Assembly (NCBI RefSeq): GCF_009914755.1
Contig: NC_060943.1
DNA length: 64,000 nucleotides
DNA from: the human T2T-CHM13v2.0 reference genome, Homo sapiens
Strand: one strand, 5' to 3'
In this document: positions 1-64,000 of the stretch, in pieces
Layout of the letters: every line of letters starts with the position of its first letter
Position numbering within the stretch: the stretch's first letter is position 1
The notes under the pieces: model-generated
What the model was told of the DNA's origin: nothing
The model's database searches: none
What the model saw: the letters and a program-made list of their open reading frames with translations, nothing else
Program-made: the position numbers and the translations under genes

Positions 1-1819
1 TCTAATCCTGGGTCTACCACTGGCTTGGTGGGAGCCTCGACCTTCCAAGAGCCTGCAACTGCCCATATGTACACGGAGGGGAGGTAGGGGTAGACTAGAA
101 GGCCCCTGGAGTTCTAGCATGTCTCAGTCTGGGAATTTTTTTTTTTTTTGAGACGGGGTCTTGCTCGGTTGCCCAGGCTTGATTGCAGTAGTGTGATCAC
201 AGCTCACTGCAGCCTCAACCTCCTGGCCTCAAAGGAGGCTGCGGCAGGAGAATCACTTGAACCCAGGAGGCAGAGGTTTCAGTGAACCAAGATTGTGCCA
301 CTGCACTCCAGCCTGGGCGAGTGAGACTCCGGCTGAAAAATAAACACAATAAAATAAAATATTATAGAGCCTTTCTTTCCAAAGTTTTCCAGACGGTATT
401 TATAAAATTTTTATTTCACAGAAATGGGGTCCTACTATACATACCTCTTTGTAATGTATTTTACTTAGTATATGGCTGAATTCCCTTTCTAGGTCAAATA
501 TATCCGGTATAATGTGTTTAAGGACATAAACTCTGATGTGAGACTGCCAGGGTGTCAGGCCGCTTCCTTCTCTGGGACATGGGATGTCATCCCCATCCCC
601 CTGGGAGTTACTGAATGGGCCATCGTGCAGCGTGCTTGGCTCAGCGCCTGGCCTGTGGCAGCCTCAGCGCATGTGGCCCCTGCCCCAGATTCTGATATGC
701 CTCTTGTAGGGGGTCCCCAGGTGAGAATTACAGCAGAAGGTAGCACCTGTTGTTGATGGGCATGTATTCTTTCCATTTATATTCTTTTTCCATTGGAGGA
801 ATAAAAATACCAGGCACTACATCATCGTGTTTAATTATTGCGTGGCTTTCCATTGCTTGATATGTCAAAATTATTTTCAGGAGTCCCAGCTTGCTGGGCA
901 GAAATTGTTTCCTGCTTATTACAATCAGTACTGGAATGAACTATGCTTATCTTTGAAAAGGAAAAGGTTATGGTGAACAATAACAAAAAAGATAATGTGA
1001 GGTGTAACTGAATTGGCATGTAAAAAGCAGAATTATTAGATGTTACTTTTCTAAGTATAGATTTCCCTTTCCTTTAATTATTGTGAGAAGGTACTTCAGT
1101 TATATTTCAGTTAGTTTTTGGTGTTTCTCTTTGAAGTTGCCTAATATTTTTGAGAATCAAAGTATAATACTTGGCTAATACTTGATTTGCTAATACTTGA
1201 TTAAACAATCACATATTACAGAAGGGCTACAGTGAAAAATAATTTTTTTATTTGCAACCTCTTCTTACCCCAGGATGTCCCCTAGAGATAAACTCACTTT
1301 TTAAAGTTGTTTATTTTGGTATTATCTCCAGATTTTAAAATAATTGTGTATATTTTACTATTACTAGGCTTCTTCACTTTAGACATTGTCTTGATTTCTA
1401 GGGAGATTCACTCTCGTGCCCCTAACCCACATTCATTCATTCATCAGATATTTATGACGCCCTCACTGTCAGGTGCTTTTCTAGGGATTCTTAGGAGGGA
1501 AACAAAGTCTGTGCTTCCATAGAGTTTACATCCATCTTCTCAATAAATTTTTTATTTTACAATAATCACAAACTTACAGAAAAGTTGGAGAGTATTACAA
1601 AGAACTTTTTTCCCAAACCATTTGAGAATAAGTTGCTAACCTGATTCCCCAATACTTGAGTTTTTCCTAGAAAGAAGGACATTCTCAAAAATATCCACAA
1701 TGCAATCATCAGAGTGTGAAGATTAACACTGATATATTGTGATCATATAACTCCCAGGCACCATTCAGGTTTTGCTGGTTATCAAAGAGACGTCGTTCAG
1801 CATCACTTGTTGCATTTAG

Positions 1820-2056
<237 letters not shown>

Positions 2057-3139
2057 TAGCCAGGATGGTCTCGATCTCCTGACCTCGTGATCCGCCCGCC
2101 TCGGCCTCCCAAAGTGCTGGGATTACAGGCATGAGCTACTGCGCCTGGCCGAGAACACATTTCTTTAGTCTTTCCTCTGGAACATTTCCTGGGTCTCCTT
2201 GATTTTCATGACCTTGCACTTTGGAAGATTACAGACCTATTATTTTGTAGAATGTGTTCTGGATTTTGGTCATTCTAATAGGGGTGTAGTGGAATATCAT
2301 TATTTTAATTTGCATTTCTCTAATGACGTAGGATGTGAGCATCTTTTCATATGCTTATTTGCTGTTGGTATATCTTCTCAGATGAGATATCTCTTCAGGA
2401 GTTCCTTATTTATTTATTTATTTATTTAGAGATGGAGTCTTGTGCTGTCACCTAGGCTGGAGTGCAGTGGTGTGATCTCAGCTCATGGCAACCTCTGCCT
2501 CCCAGGTTCAAGCCTCCTGCCTGAGCCCCGCGAGTAGCTGGGATTACAGGTGCCCGCCACCATGCCTGGCTAATTTTTGTATTTTTAGTAGAGACGGGGT
2601 TTCACCATGTTGGCCAGGCTGGTCTTGAACTCATGAGCTCAAGTGATCCACCCACCTCAAATGATCCGACTGCCTCGGCCTCCCAAAGTGCGGGGATTAC
2701 AGGCATGAGCCACCCACCATGTCCGGCAAGGATTTGGCTATTTTAAATTGACTTTTTTGTCCTCTTAGTGTTGAGTTTTAGGAGTCCTTTGTACATTTTG
2801 GATAACAATCCTTTTTTTACATGTGTCCTTTGCAAACATTTCCTCCTAGTGTGTGGCTTGTCTCTCATTCTCTTGACAATATCTTTCACAGAGCAGAAAT
2901 GTTTAGTTTTAATGAAGTCCAGCTGATCAGTTGCTTCTTTCATGGATTGTGCCTTTGGTGTTGTCTCTAAAAAGCCATTGCCATACTCAGGGTCATCTAG
3001 GTTTTCTCCTATGTTATTTTCTAGGAGTTTTGTATTTTGCATTTTTCATTTAGATCCATTTGAGTTGATTTTTGTGAAGGGTGTAAGGTCTGTGCCTAGA
3101 GTCACTTTTCTGCATGTGGATGTTGAGTTGTTCCAGCAC

Positions 3140-3461
3140 CATTTGTTGAAAAGAGAAGGTTGGGAGTTTTATTAGAGAAATCTTACATATTGTTTTGAAA
3201 GGAAGCTCATTGACGCTAGAGAAGTTTTTGGGAGCTGGCAAGCTCTGATTGGTAGGTAATGGCGGTAGGAAAAACTAGTCTTAAAGTCATGGCAGGTTAT
3301 TTCAGTAGCTACCAGGTAAAACTGGTGTTGGGATTCTAGCAGTGCACCTCAACAGCGGGGCCAAGAAGGTGCTCTGTGCCTCGAGTACTTTTCCTCTGGC
3401 CCCTCGACTCTGATTTAGTTGGAGATGAAAGAATGACCTAGTTTGTATAATTAACTTTCAC
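3140..3461 (-). mobile_element. Probable ERV LTR fragment
   Basis: Ends in TTTCACA (TGTGAAA on -), contains a CCAAT box (ctgattggt), and interrupts old L1 sequence; family not identified. Confidence 0.35.
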
Positions 3462-3494
3462 AGGACCATTGGGTTTAAAGTGATTATTTATATA

Positions 3495-3868
3495 CAGTCA
3501 TGTGTTGCTTACTGATGGACTATGTTCTGAGAAACACGTCATTAGGTGATTTTGGTGTGCAAACATCATAGGGTGTACTTACCCAACCTACATGGTGCAG
3601 CCTACTACACATATAGGCAATATGGTATAGCCTATGGCTCCTAGGCCACAAACCTGTACAGTATGTTACTGTATTGAATGCTGTAGGCAGCTGTAACACA
3701 ATGGTAACTATTTGTGTTATCTAAACCAATTTAAACGTAGAAAAGATAGTGATTATGCTATGATGTTGCTAGGCAATAGGAATTTTTCATCTTCATTAAA
3801 ATCTTATGAGACCACCATCGTATATGTGGTCTATTGCTGATGGAAGGTTGGCATACGGCACGTGACTG
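3495..3868. mobile_element. Tigger3-like (MER7) TcMar DNA transposon fossil
   Basis: Terminal inverted repeats cagtcatgtg... and ...cacgtgactg, TA at the left end, typical internal cctagg/acaaacctgtacag motifs. Confidence 0.75.
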
Positions 3869-4792
3869 GAGTTGGATTACTGTCTGCCATGTTTATTACT
3901 GTATTTGATTTATTGCCCTTGTTTTTTTGTTCCTCTTTTGACTTTGCTCTTTTTCTACCATTTGTGATTTTAATTGGGCATTTTGATACCATATAAATGG
4001 TAGGAGGGGTGGAGAGAGGGAAATAAATGTCTAGAGCCCTGTAATTAGAGTCAGTCTTCTAGGGAGCCTGTACCTTTGGGCTGCACGCTTCTCAGGTGCC
4101 CCTCAGCATCCCTCACCTCTCACCTTATGTGGGACAGGATGGCTGGAAGGGACTGAGTTGTGTTATTTTCCTCCCCCACCAGAAGGTTAAATCGGGCTGT
4201 ATTTCCCTTCCTCTAGGTTAGATAGGTTCTGATAAACTCCAGTAGTTTAGGCTCTGGTTCAATAGTTTCTCCTGAGGTCAGGCCCTTTTGGGAAGGAACA
4301 GCACGCCCTTTATATTTCCAAGTAGTTACTTTTCCCCTCTTCCTGTCGAAGCACGAGATTTTCCTGTGGTATTCACTGTGAGAACCTGCTAGAGCTCCAG
4401 GAGGCAGAACTCACAGAAGTGTGGCACCCAGCCCCTGACCCCGGAGTTTTAACTAACGGAGGTGTCCGTGCCGACCCTCCAGCAAATTGTCAGTTTACAG
4501 TTCAGGTTTCCCTCCTCACTCCTGGTCCCATAGAAGTTTATTCTGGGTTTCTGCCCCTGTCCATTCTGAGTCTCTCTGTCCATCTGTCAGTCTCTCCAGT
4601 GCTGGGGCAACAGTTTGCCCTGTGACCTCACTTTGATGGACCTAGGAAGAATTCCTGATTTTTCAGTGTGTTCAGCTTTTTACTTGTTGTTAAGATAGAG
4701 TGATAACCATCAAGCTTTTTACATGCTCGACTGGAAACTGGAAATTACACTAAATTTTAAAGTGTAAGATTGACAAATCTTGGAGATTCTAA

Positions 4793-5011
<219 letters not shown>

Positions 5012-5508
5012 TAGCAGAGATGGGGTTTCACCGTGTTAGCCAGGATGGTCTAGATCCCCTGACTTCGTGATCTGCCCACCTCAGCCTCCTAAAGTGCTGG
5101 GATTATAGGCGTGAGCCACCATGCCTGGCTATATTGTCCATCTTCATTGACTCCTTAAGTTGTTCCAGATTCTCATTTATGGAACCCTATATCTGTGTGA
5201 TTTGAATCTTTTAATATCTATTGAGACTCCTATTATGATTCAGGTATGATCTCTCTTGGAAAATATTCTGTGTCCACCTTAGAAAAATAGGTGCTTTGCT
5301 GTTGTTGGTTAGAATGTTATAGAAATCTTAATTAGGTCATACTGGTTGATAGCATTGTTCAAATCTTCTTTATCTTTATTGATTTTCCATTAACTGTTCT
5401 GGCAATTATTGAGAAAGAGGTTTTGAAATAGCCAACTATAATTGTCTTGTTTTCTCTTTCCAGTTCTGTCAGTTTTTCCTTCATGTATTTTGAAGGTCTG
5501 TTACTTAG

Positions 5509-6644
<1,136 letters not shown>

Positions 6645-7814
6645 AGAATGTTTATGTCCTCATGATGAATTGATTCCTCAGTCATTGTTAAATGGCTCTC
6701 TTTATCCCAGATAGTATTCTTTGCTCTGAAATCTACCTTAATATTAATATAGCTTATCTAGATTTATTTTGGTTAATATTAGCATAGTATATCTTTTTAT
6801 GTCCTTTTAGTTTTAACCTATTTGTGCCTTTATATTTGAAGGGGAGTTCTTGTAGGGAGCATATAGTTGTGTCCAATCTGTCAATCTCTGTCTTTTAATT
6901 GGAGTATTTAAATCATTTCTATTTAGTGCTATTTATTTAAAATTTTTTGTCATTTAAAATTTTTGTGGGCACATAGTAGGTATGTATATTTATGGGGTAC
7001 ATGAGATATTTTGATACAGATATGCAATGTGAAATAAGCACATCATGGAGAATGGGATATTCATTCTCTGAAGCTTTATTGTTTGCATTACAAACAATCC
7101 AGTTACATCTTTAAGTTATTTAAGACTTACAGTCACCCTGTTGTGCTATCACGTAGTAGGTCTTACTCTTTCTGATATAATGTAATGTATTGATATTGTT
7201 GGCTCTTAATCTAGCATCTTGCTGTTAGTTTTCTGTTTGTCTCATCTGGTTTTTGTTCCCTTTACCCTATTTTTTTGCTTTCTTTTGGATTAAGCACCTT
7301 TTGTGTTCCATTTTAATTCCTTTGTTAGCTTATTAGCCATAATTTTTTTTTTTGAGACAGAGTCTCGCTCTGTCATTCAGGCTGGAGCGCGGTGGTGCAA
7401 TCTTGGCTCACTACACCCTCTGCCTCCTGGGTTCTAGTGATTCTCCTGCCTTAGCCTCCCGAGTAGCTGGGACTACAAGCATGCACCACCACGCCCGGCT
7501 AGTTTTTGTATTTTTAGTAGAGACGGGGTTTCACTATGTTGGCCAGGCTGGTCTCGAACTCCTGACCTTAAGTGATCCGCTGGCCTCAGCCTCCCAAAGT
7601 GCTGGGATTACAGGCACGAGCCACCATGCCTGGTCAGCTGTAATTTTTTGTTTTGTATGTTTAGTGGTTGCTTTAGGGTTTAGAGTAAACATCTTTACTT
7701 CTCATAGTCTACCTTCAAGCAGTATTACGCACTTCATGGATAGCATGAGGAACTTAACAGCAGTCTCCTTCCATTTCCTCCCTCCTGGCCTTTGTGCAAG
7801 TGTTTTCATGCATT

Positions 7815-7861
<47 letters not shown>

Positions 7862-8577
7862 TTTTTGAGACGGAGTTTTGCTCTTATTGCCCAGGCTGTA
7901 GTGCAGTGGCGCCATCTCAGCTCACTGCAGCCTCCACGTCCTGGGTTCAAGCGATTCTCCTGCCTCAGCCTCCTGAGTAGCTGGGATTACAGGTGTGCAC
8001 CACTATGCCCGGCTAATTTTTGTATTTTTAGTAGAGATGGGGTTTCATCATGTTGGTCAGGCTGGTCTGGAACTCCTGACCTCAGATGATCCACCCGACT
8101 CGGCCTCCCAAAGTGCTGGGATTACAGGCATGAGCCACTGTGCCCAGACTGTTGTCATGCATTTTAATTCTACATATATTAGAAACCCCACAATAATTCA
8201 TCATTTTTTATTAAGTAGTCAATTCTTTCTTTTTTTGAAAGAAGAAAGAAGTTGAATTTTCTAACATGTCATAAGCGTGCAGGCAGGTCATCAGAGTCTG
8301 TGCTGTTTCTGTCTTGTTGGCCTTGCCATCCTGAAGGTTTTGCCGCCATCCTCCTATTCAATTTATTTATCACTGTATCTCCCTTCCAGCTAGCTGGGGG
8401 GCAGGGAGAAGAGGTGAAGGGGGTACAACTCAGAGGTTGCACATGGTGCTTTCTCTCTCATTTCTTTGGCCAGAATGTTCTTGTGCAGCCATGCTTAATG
8501 GGAGATGAAGGTCTGGGAGAGGTTGTCCTCCTTTTGGATTGCCAGGCTCCCACTAAAAATCAGGGGTTCTGTTACCT

Positions 8578-8919
8578 CAGAGTTAGAAAACTGCAGCCAT
8601 GGGCCAAATCTGGTCTACCACCTATTTTTGTGCTACCTGTAAGCTAAAAATGATTTTTCCATTTTTAAATAGTTGAAAAAATCCAGAGAGAAAGAATATT
8701 TTGTGACACATTAAAATTATATGAAATTGAAATCTCAGTAGTTACAAATAAAGTTTTACTGAACATAGCTGGACTCATTTTCTTACATATTGTATACAGC
8801 TGCTTTTGCACTGTCAGAGCTGAGTTGAGTGGCCGCGCCCCAGGCCACCTGTCCCACAATCCCACAAAGCCTGCAGTATTTACCAGCTGGTGCTTTGCAG
8901 AAGGAGTTTGCTGACCCTG
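8578..8919. mobile_element. MER58-like hAT-Charlie fossil
   Basis: gggccaaatctgg...aataaagttttactgaaca...gtttgctgaccctg pattern. Confidence 0.65.
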
Positions 8920-11669
8920 ATCTGGAGCAAGGACTGAATGATATTCCAGGATAACTAACAGACCCTGCCACACTCCCCAGCACAGAGACTTCAGATTTTG
9001 TGTGTCCCTGTAAATTTTAATTCTCTTTTAAAGAGATTTTTAAGATAAGAATATATGTTTTTATATTTCCCTTCATATTTATCATTTCTGGTGGTGGTCT
9101 TTATTCTTTTTTTTTTTTTTTCTTTTCAGAGACAGGGTGTTGCACTGTTGCCCAAGCTGGAGTGCAGTGGTGTGATCATGACTCACTGAAGCCTCAAACA
9201 CCTCAGCCTCCCGAGTTGCAGGGACTAGGCTCACACCACCATGCCTGGCTAATTTTCAAATTTTATTTAGAGACAGGTTTTCATTATGTTGGTCAAGCTG
9301 GTCTCAAACTCCTGACCTCAGGTAATCTTGCCCGCCTCGGCCTTCCAAAGTGCTGAGATTACAGGTGTGAGCCACTGCACGCTGAGACCTTTCTTTGGCT
9401 TACTTTGCTTGGATGGAGCACATCCATACCCTAAGGGCAGGGTATGGGAGCTGTTTCTCAGCTCTTGAGCCCTGTTACTCTCATTGCAATGGCAGAGGTG
9501 GCTTTCTGGATTGCAGATCAATTTCCTCATTACTTATGACACTGCACATATTTTCATGTTCCTTTTGGCAATTCGTCTGTTCTCCTTTGTGAAATTCCTG
9601 TTTACGTGTTTTCTTATAATAAGCTTTGAGAGTTTTTATTTTTTATGGAGACAGAGTCTCCATATGCTGGCCAGGCTGGTCTCAAACTCCTGGCCTCAAG
9701 CAGTCCTCCTGCTTCAGCCTCCCGAAGTGCTGGGATTATAGGTGCAAGCCACTGTGCCTGGCTGAGTTTTTAAAATATATTCTGGAGACGTCATTTGTAT
9801 TATAGATAGATTTCCTTCTAGTCTGTGGCTTTTCATTTTCTTAATGGTATTTTTCAGAGGAGAAGTTTTTGATTTTTGGTAAAGTCTAGCTAATCCTTTT
9901 TCTTTTAGGATTTTATGTCCTATTTAAGAAATCTTTGCTTTCTCTATATTTTCTACTTTTGGCTTTTACATTTAATTCTAGGATCCATCTCAAGTTAGTG
10001 ATGTGAGGTAAGGGTCAGGATTTGGTTTTGTTTTTTCCATGTGGGCATCCAGTTGTTCCACTACATATTATTTTGTATTTGTGGAGCTGCATCTTCAAGG
10101 TGGGTTCCTGGAAGAAGGGTTTCTGGTCAAAGAATGGTTTTATCTCTGTTGCCAGGTGCTGTGGGTCCTGTATCATCTGGGAGTCTCATGGGAATCTAGG
10201 AGACTGCCTGTTTGCCCATAGCCTCACCAGCAGAGTTTCAAGTTTTTGGATCTTTTTCAGTTTGCAGTGAGAAATAGTATCTTAGATGAGTTTGCATTTG
10301 CATTTCTCTTATTATGAGTGCCACTTATGATTCTTTAAGAAGTCACATACATTAATTGTGATTTTTTTTTTTTTGAGACAGAGTTTTGCTCTCATTGCCC
10401 AGGCTAGAGTGCAATGGCACGATCTCAGCTCACCACAACCTCCGCCTCCTGGATTCAAGTGATTCTCCTGCCTCAGCCTCCTGAGCAGCTGGGATTACAG
10501 GCATGCGCCACCACACCTGGCTAATTTTGTATTTTTAGTAGAGACGGGGTTTGTCCATGTTGATCAGGCTGGTCTCGAACTCCCGACCTCAGGTGATCCA
10601 CCCGCCTCAGCCTCCCAAAGTGTTGGGATTATAGGCATGAGCCACTGTGCCCAGCCTTGTTGTGATTTAATATATATTTGGACGTCTTTTCATCATCTCA
10701 TTTTGTGGGTATGTGTTCTTTTTTTTTTTTTAAGACAGAGTCTCGCTCTGTCACCCAGGCTGGAGTGCAGTGGCTCACTGCAGGCAGTGAGATCATGGCT
10801 GACTGCAGCCTCTGCCTCCCAACTTTAAGCAATTCTCCCACCTCAGCCTCCCAAGTAGCTGGGATTAAAGGCACGCACCACCATGCCCAGCTAATTTTTG
10901 TATTTTTAGTAGAGACAGGGTTTCACCATGTTGGCTGGGCTGGTCTTGAACTCCTGACCTCAAGTGATCCACCTGCCTTGGGCTCCCAAAGTGTTGGGAT
11001 TACAGGCGTGAACCACCACTCCTGGCCTCTTTTTGTGTTTTCTATTGACCGTAATTTTCCTTTCTATTTTCTTTATTATTTTCTGCCTCCTCTTGAATTG
11101 ACCATTTTCCCCCTCTTCCTTTTTTACTCTTATATATATTGTATTTCATTTCTCTGAGCCTTAAATTTTATATATAGCTATACTTTCTAATGAAGTTTCA
11201 AGGTCATCATTGTCTGTCCTCACATCAAGAACGTCACATTTTCTTTTCTAAACTCCTCTTTTCATTTCTGTTCTGTTTTCTAAAATTTTAATTTAACTTG
11301 TTTTGTAAATGCATTTTGCACTCAGTTTTTCTTTCAAGTTCTTTGGAGTGGAATTGCTTGGGTTCGAATCCCAGATCTGTTCTTTATTAGCTGAAATAAA
11401 CATGGGCAAGTTATTTCACCTTTCTGTGCTTGCTTTTCCTAATCTGAAAAGGGGGAAATAATTGTGCCCGTAGAGAAATCACATGGAATTCAATAACGCA
11501 CATGGTACCTATCACATAGAATTGAATCAGTTAATTCATATAAAGCATTTAGAATAGTTCTTGATATAAGTACTAAGTAGATGTTGATTATATAATTAAT
11601 ATTATTGTACTACTGGTTTATTTTTCTCATTCCCCAAATATATACTTCGTAGTTCTTTAAGTAGGGAGG

Positions 11670-12051
<382 letters not shown>

Positions 12052-12689
12052 TAGATAACTTTCATATCCAGGATTTCACCATGTTCAGCAGGCTGGTCTT
12101 GAACTCCTGACCTCAAGTGATCCACCCACCTCAGCCTCCCTAAGTGCAGGGTTTACAGGCATGCTGTTGCACTTGGCCTGTTTGGTTTCATAAATACTAT
12201 TACTTCTTTTATTTCTTGGATATTTTAATTCAGTTTATTTGAAAGTCCTTTTCAGACAGATGTTTTATCTTCATATCGTCAGATGTGGATATTTCTCTCC
12301 CAATCTCCTTTTTTTTTTTTTTAACTCTTTATGATGGCATTGAACTACTTTGCGGACTTAGTGATTTTTGTTTGAGAGCTTATCTTGCATGAACATTTCT
12401 CTCTTGGCGAATTTTAACTACCACCTCCACTCCTGGTTCCAGAGTTTATCTTTTTGGCTAAAAGGTTAATTACCTGATAATGTAATTCCAAACCAGAAGA
12501 CCACGTGACATGCAGACTTGGGTTCCAAATTACTTTAAAGAAGGGTTAGGGCATTTTATAATATTTCACATTTCTAGTGCTGCTGCTTATTTCAATGAGT
12601 TATTTAATAGGTGAAAGGCGTATCTTGTCATTTCAATTTGTGTTCCTTTTATTAATAGTAGGACACTTTTCTAGAATTGCCTCTGTGTT

Positions 12690-13210
12690 TCCCTCATAAA
12701 TGATTGCCGGGTAAAACAACAGCCATTTTATAATGCTCATGGGTTCTGTGGTCAGGAATTCGGAATGGGCATGGCAGGAGGGTTTGCCTTTATTCCACAC
12801 TGTCCAGGGCCTCAGACAGGGAGACGTGAGGGCTGGCATTAACTAAGTGGGGGCAGTGATCTGAGGACTCAGGCACGTTCTGGCAGTTGATGCTGGCTTT
12901 TGGCTGGGACCTCAGCTGGGACTCTTGTCCGAAATGTCCTGGTATCCTTTCCATGTGGCTGCTTCCCCACAGCGTCATGGCTGGGCTTCAAATGTGAGCG
13001 TCCAAGACCACAGATCCTGAGTATGTGGCCTTTTCGTAATGTCACTTTAGAAGTCTCACAGCACCACTTCTGGGTGGGTTATGAGCCCACCCAGGTTCAC
13101 AGGAAAGGATCATAGAGCCCACCTCTTGGCAGGAGGCAGAGTCGCATTGTAAGAAGAGCCTGTGTGTTGGGAGATGTTGCCATGGTCTTCTGAGGGAAAT
13201 GTCATCTGAC
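12690..13210 (-). mobile_element. MLT1-type MaLR LTR
   Basis: ttataatgctcatgggttctgtggtcaggaattc...cccaggttcacagg...cccacctcttg; boundaries approximate. Confidence 0.55.
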
Positions 13211-13473
13211 AAGTTGGGAAAATACTATTGTGTTCCGTTATTAGCTGGTATGGGAATTTTTAGAACATTTTAATTGTTTTTACAATAAAGGTTGAGACAA
13301 GATTTTAAAATTTAATCCCCTCGAGTAAGGTTTACTACAAATTCATATTCCATAAAAATTTAACATATTAAGATTTTATAATGGTATTTGCTTTTATTAT
13401 ATTCCTTTTTATCCTATTTTCTATTAATATCACTTTTTGGTGTAGCTTTTTTATTACCATTTTTATTTTGCAG

Positions 13474-61910
<48,437 letters not shown>

Positions 61911-62092
61911 TGTCTGGAAAATTGCTAATGTTTAGACTTTCTACTTTGAGATGAAATGTAGAGAAGATGACATAAACTGATATCACCTAACTGTTCTTAT
62001 TTTTGACAGGTCAGCCCCCAGTGTTTTGTTTTTGTAGTTTGAGGTCTAACTTCCATCCAGTGATGCGCACAGATGTTAAGTGAACAGCTCAG

Positions 62093-62096
<4 letters not shown>

Positions 62097-62138
<42 letters not shown>
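62097..62138. repeat. (GT)21 microsatellite
   Basis: Read directly. Confidence 0.95.
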
Positions 62139-62144
<6 letters not shown>

Positions 62145-62743
62145 GAACCACACCCACATCGAGCTGTTGAACATTTCCAGGACCCCAGCAGTCTCCTGTC
62201 CGGAACCCTCCTGACTGACCATTCTGATTTCTGACACCATGAGTTTTGCTGACTTGGAAGCATATAGAATACATTCTTTTATTTTAAACAGAGATGGAGT
62301 CTCACTGTGTGGCCCAGACTGATTTTGAACTCCTGGCCTCAAGTGATCCTTCTGCCTTGGCCTCTAAGAGTGTTGGGATTATAGGCGTGAGCCACTGTGC
62401 CCCGCCTATAGTATATGTTCTTGTGGCTTCCTTCAGTCAACATTATGTGTGTGAAATTAATCTGTATGATTGCAAGTGGAGGCATTTTTTCTTAATCTTG
62501 GAAAGTATTTGCATATTGCATGGCTCTCTCCAGACTTTACATCTAGGCTCACTTTTATTGCACAGCGCCTCAGCAAAGAGGAGGAGCTGGCGTTAATAGA
62601 GTTGGCTGACCTCGGCCAGGCTAATTGCACGGACTTAGCAGACATTTCTGACGTGTATGAACTTGGCACTGAGTTAGGTGCCATAAAGAAAAAAGATAAT
62701 TAGCTGGGCATGGTGGGGGGGCACCTGTAATTCCAGCTACTCA

Positions 62744-63262
<519 letters not shown>

Positions 63263-63288
63263 TCAGGAGATCGAGACCATCGTGGCTA

Positions 63289-63612
<324 letters not shown>

Positions 63613-64000
63613 TCACTGTCTTTATGAAATGGAGTTAGATCATTGCTCCTTGTCTTGACAAATCTTAGAAATTGCCCAGACAACATATATTGATAAACTC
63701 ATCCCATGACTAGACAAAGTCTCCAACACTCCAGTGCTGGGAGCTCCAGCTTTCCACACTGCAGATGTTCTGCACCTCTGCTGTGGTCCCTCATTCCGCT
63801 TCCCAGGAGGGCGGGATAAGATCCTGGGAGGGTGGACCCTGCATGGCTCTGCTCCCTTTGATATGCATCCGAGACAGTGAAACCCACAGATAACACAGCT
63901 GAGGTGCTGAGAGCCCCAGAGGGTGGTTTGCTCCCTGACAGGTTCATTCCTCATTGAGGATGGAGAGTGTGGGAGGAGGAGCCGCAGAGGTGGCTCCTGT

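Noticed and set aside
881-1001. Possible exon after ttattttcag near the window start
   Set aside because: No convincing reading frame continuous with exon 13474 and no resemblance to the TDRD12 peptide I recall.
7352-8089. 245-aa ORF, and similar ORFs such as 10678-11157, 46986-47531 and 62741-63214
   Set aside because: Translations of Alu sequence and microsatellites; typical artefacts.

Overview
Primate (most likely human) genomic DNA lying entirely inside one + strand gene, which I recognise as TDRD12 (ECAT8), the germline piRNA-pathway Tudor/DEAD-like protein. I traced 20 GT-AG coding exons between 13474 and 61910. Their phases join into one open frame of about 889 aa: linker, degenerate DEAD-box-like helicase, a C-x8-C-x5-C-x3-H zinc finger split across two exons, a second extended Tudor domain, and an acidic/Pro-rich tail. 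The 5' exons lie upstream of the window. An alternative terminal exon at 31402 (ACT-TGA, AATAAA at 31514) would truncate the protein before the helicase. Introns are packed with repeats: about 45 Alus, a full-length antisense L1PA7/8-like element (about 22700-28797), a 5'-truncated younger L1PA with TSDs, MaLR LTRs, Tigger/Charlie fossils and microsatellites. The most interesting extras are the intronic L1's antisense-promoter/ORF0 region pointing into the helicase exons, a perfect 72-bp AT-rich palindrome nested in a larger inverted repeat, the split CCCH finger, and duplicated U12-type donor motifs. Most ORFs in the supplied track are Alu/L1 artefacts. No prokaryotic-type system is present.
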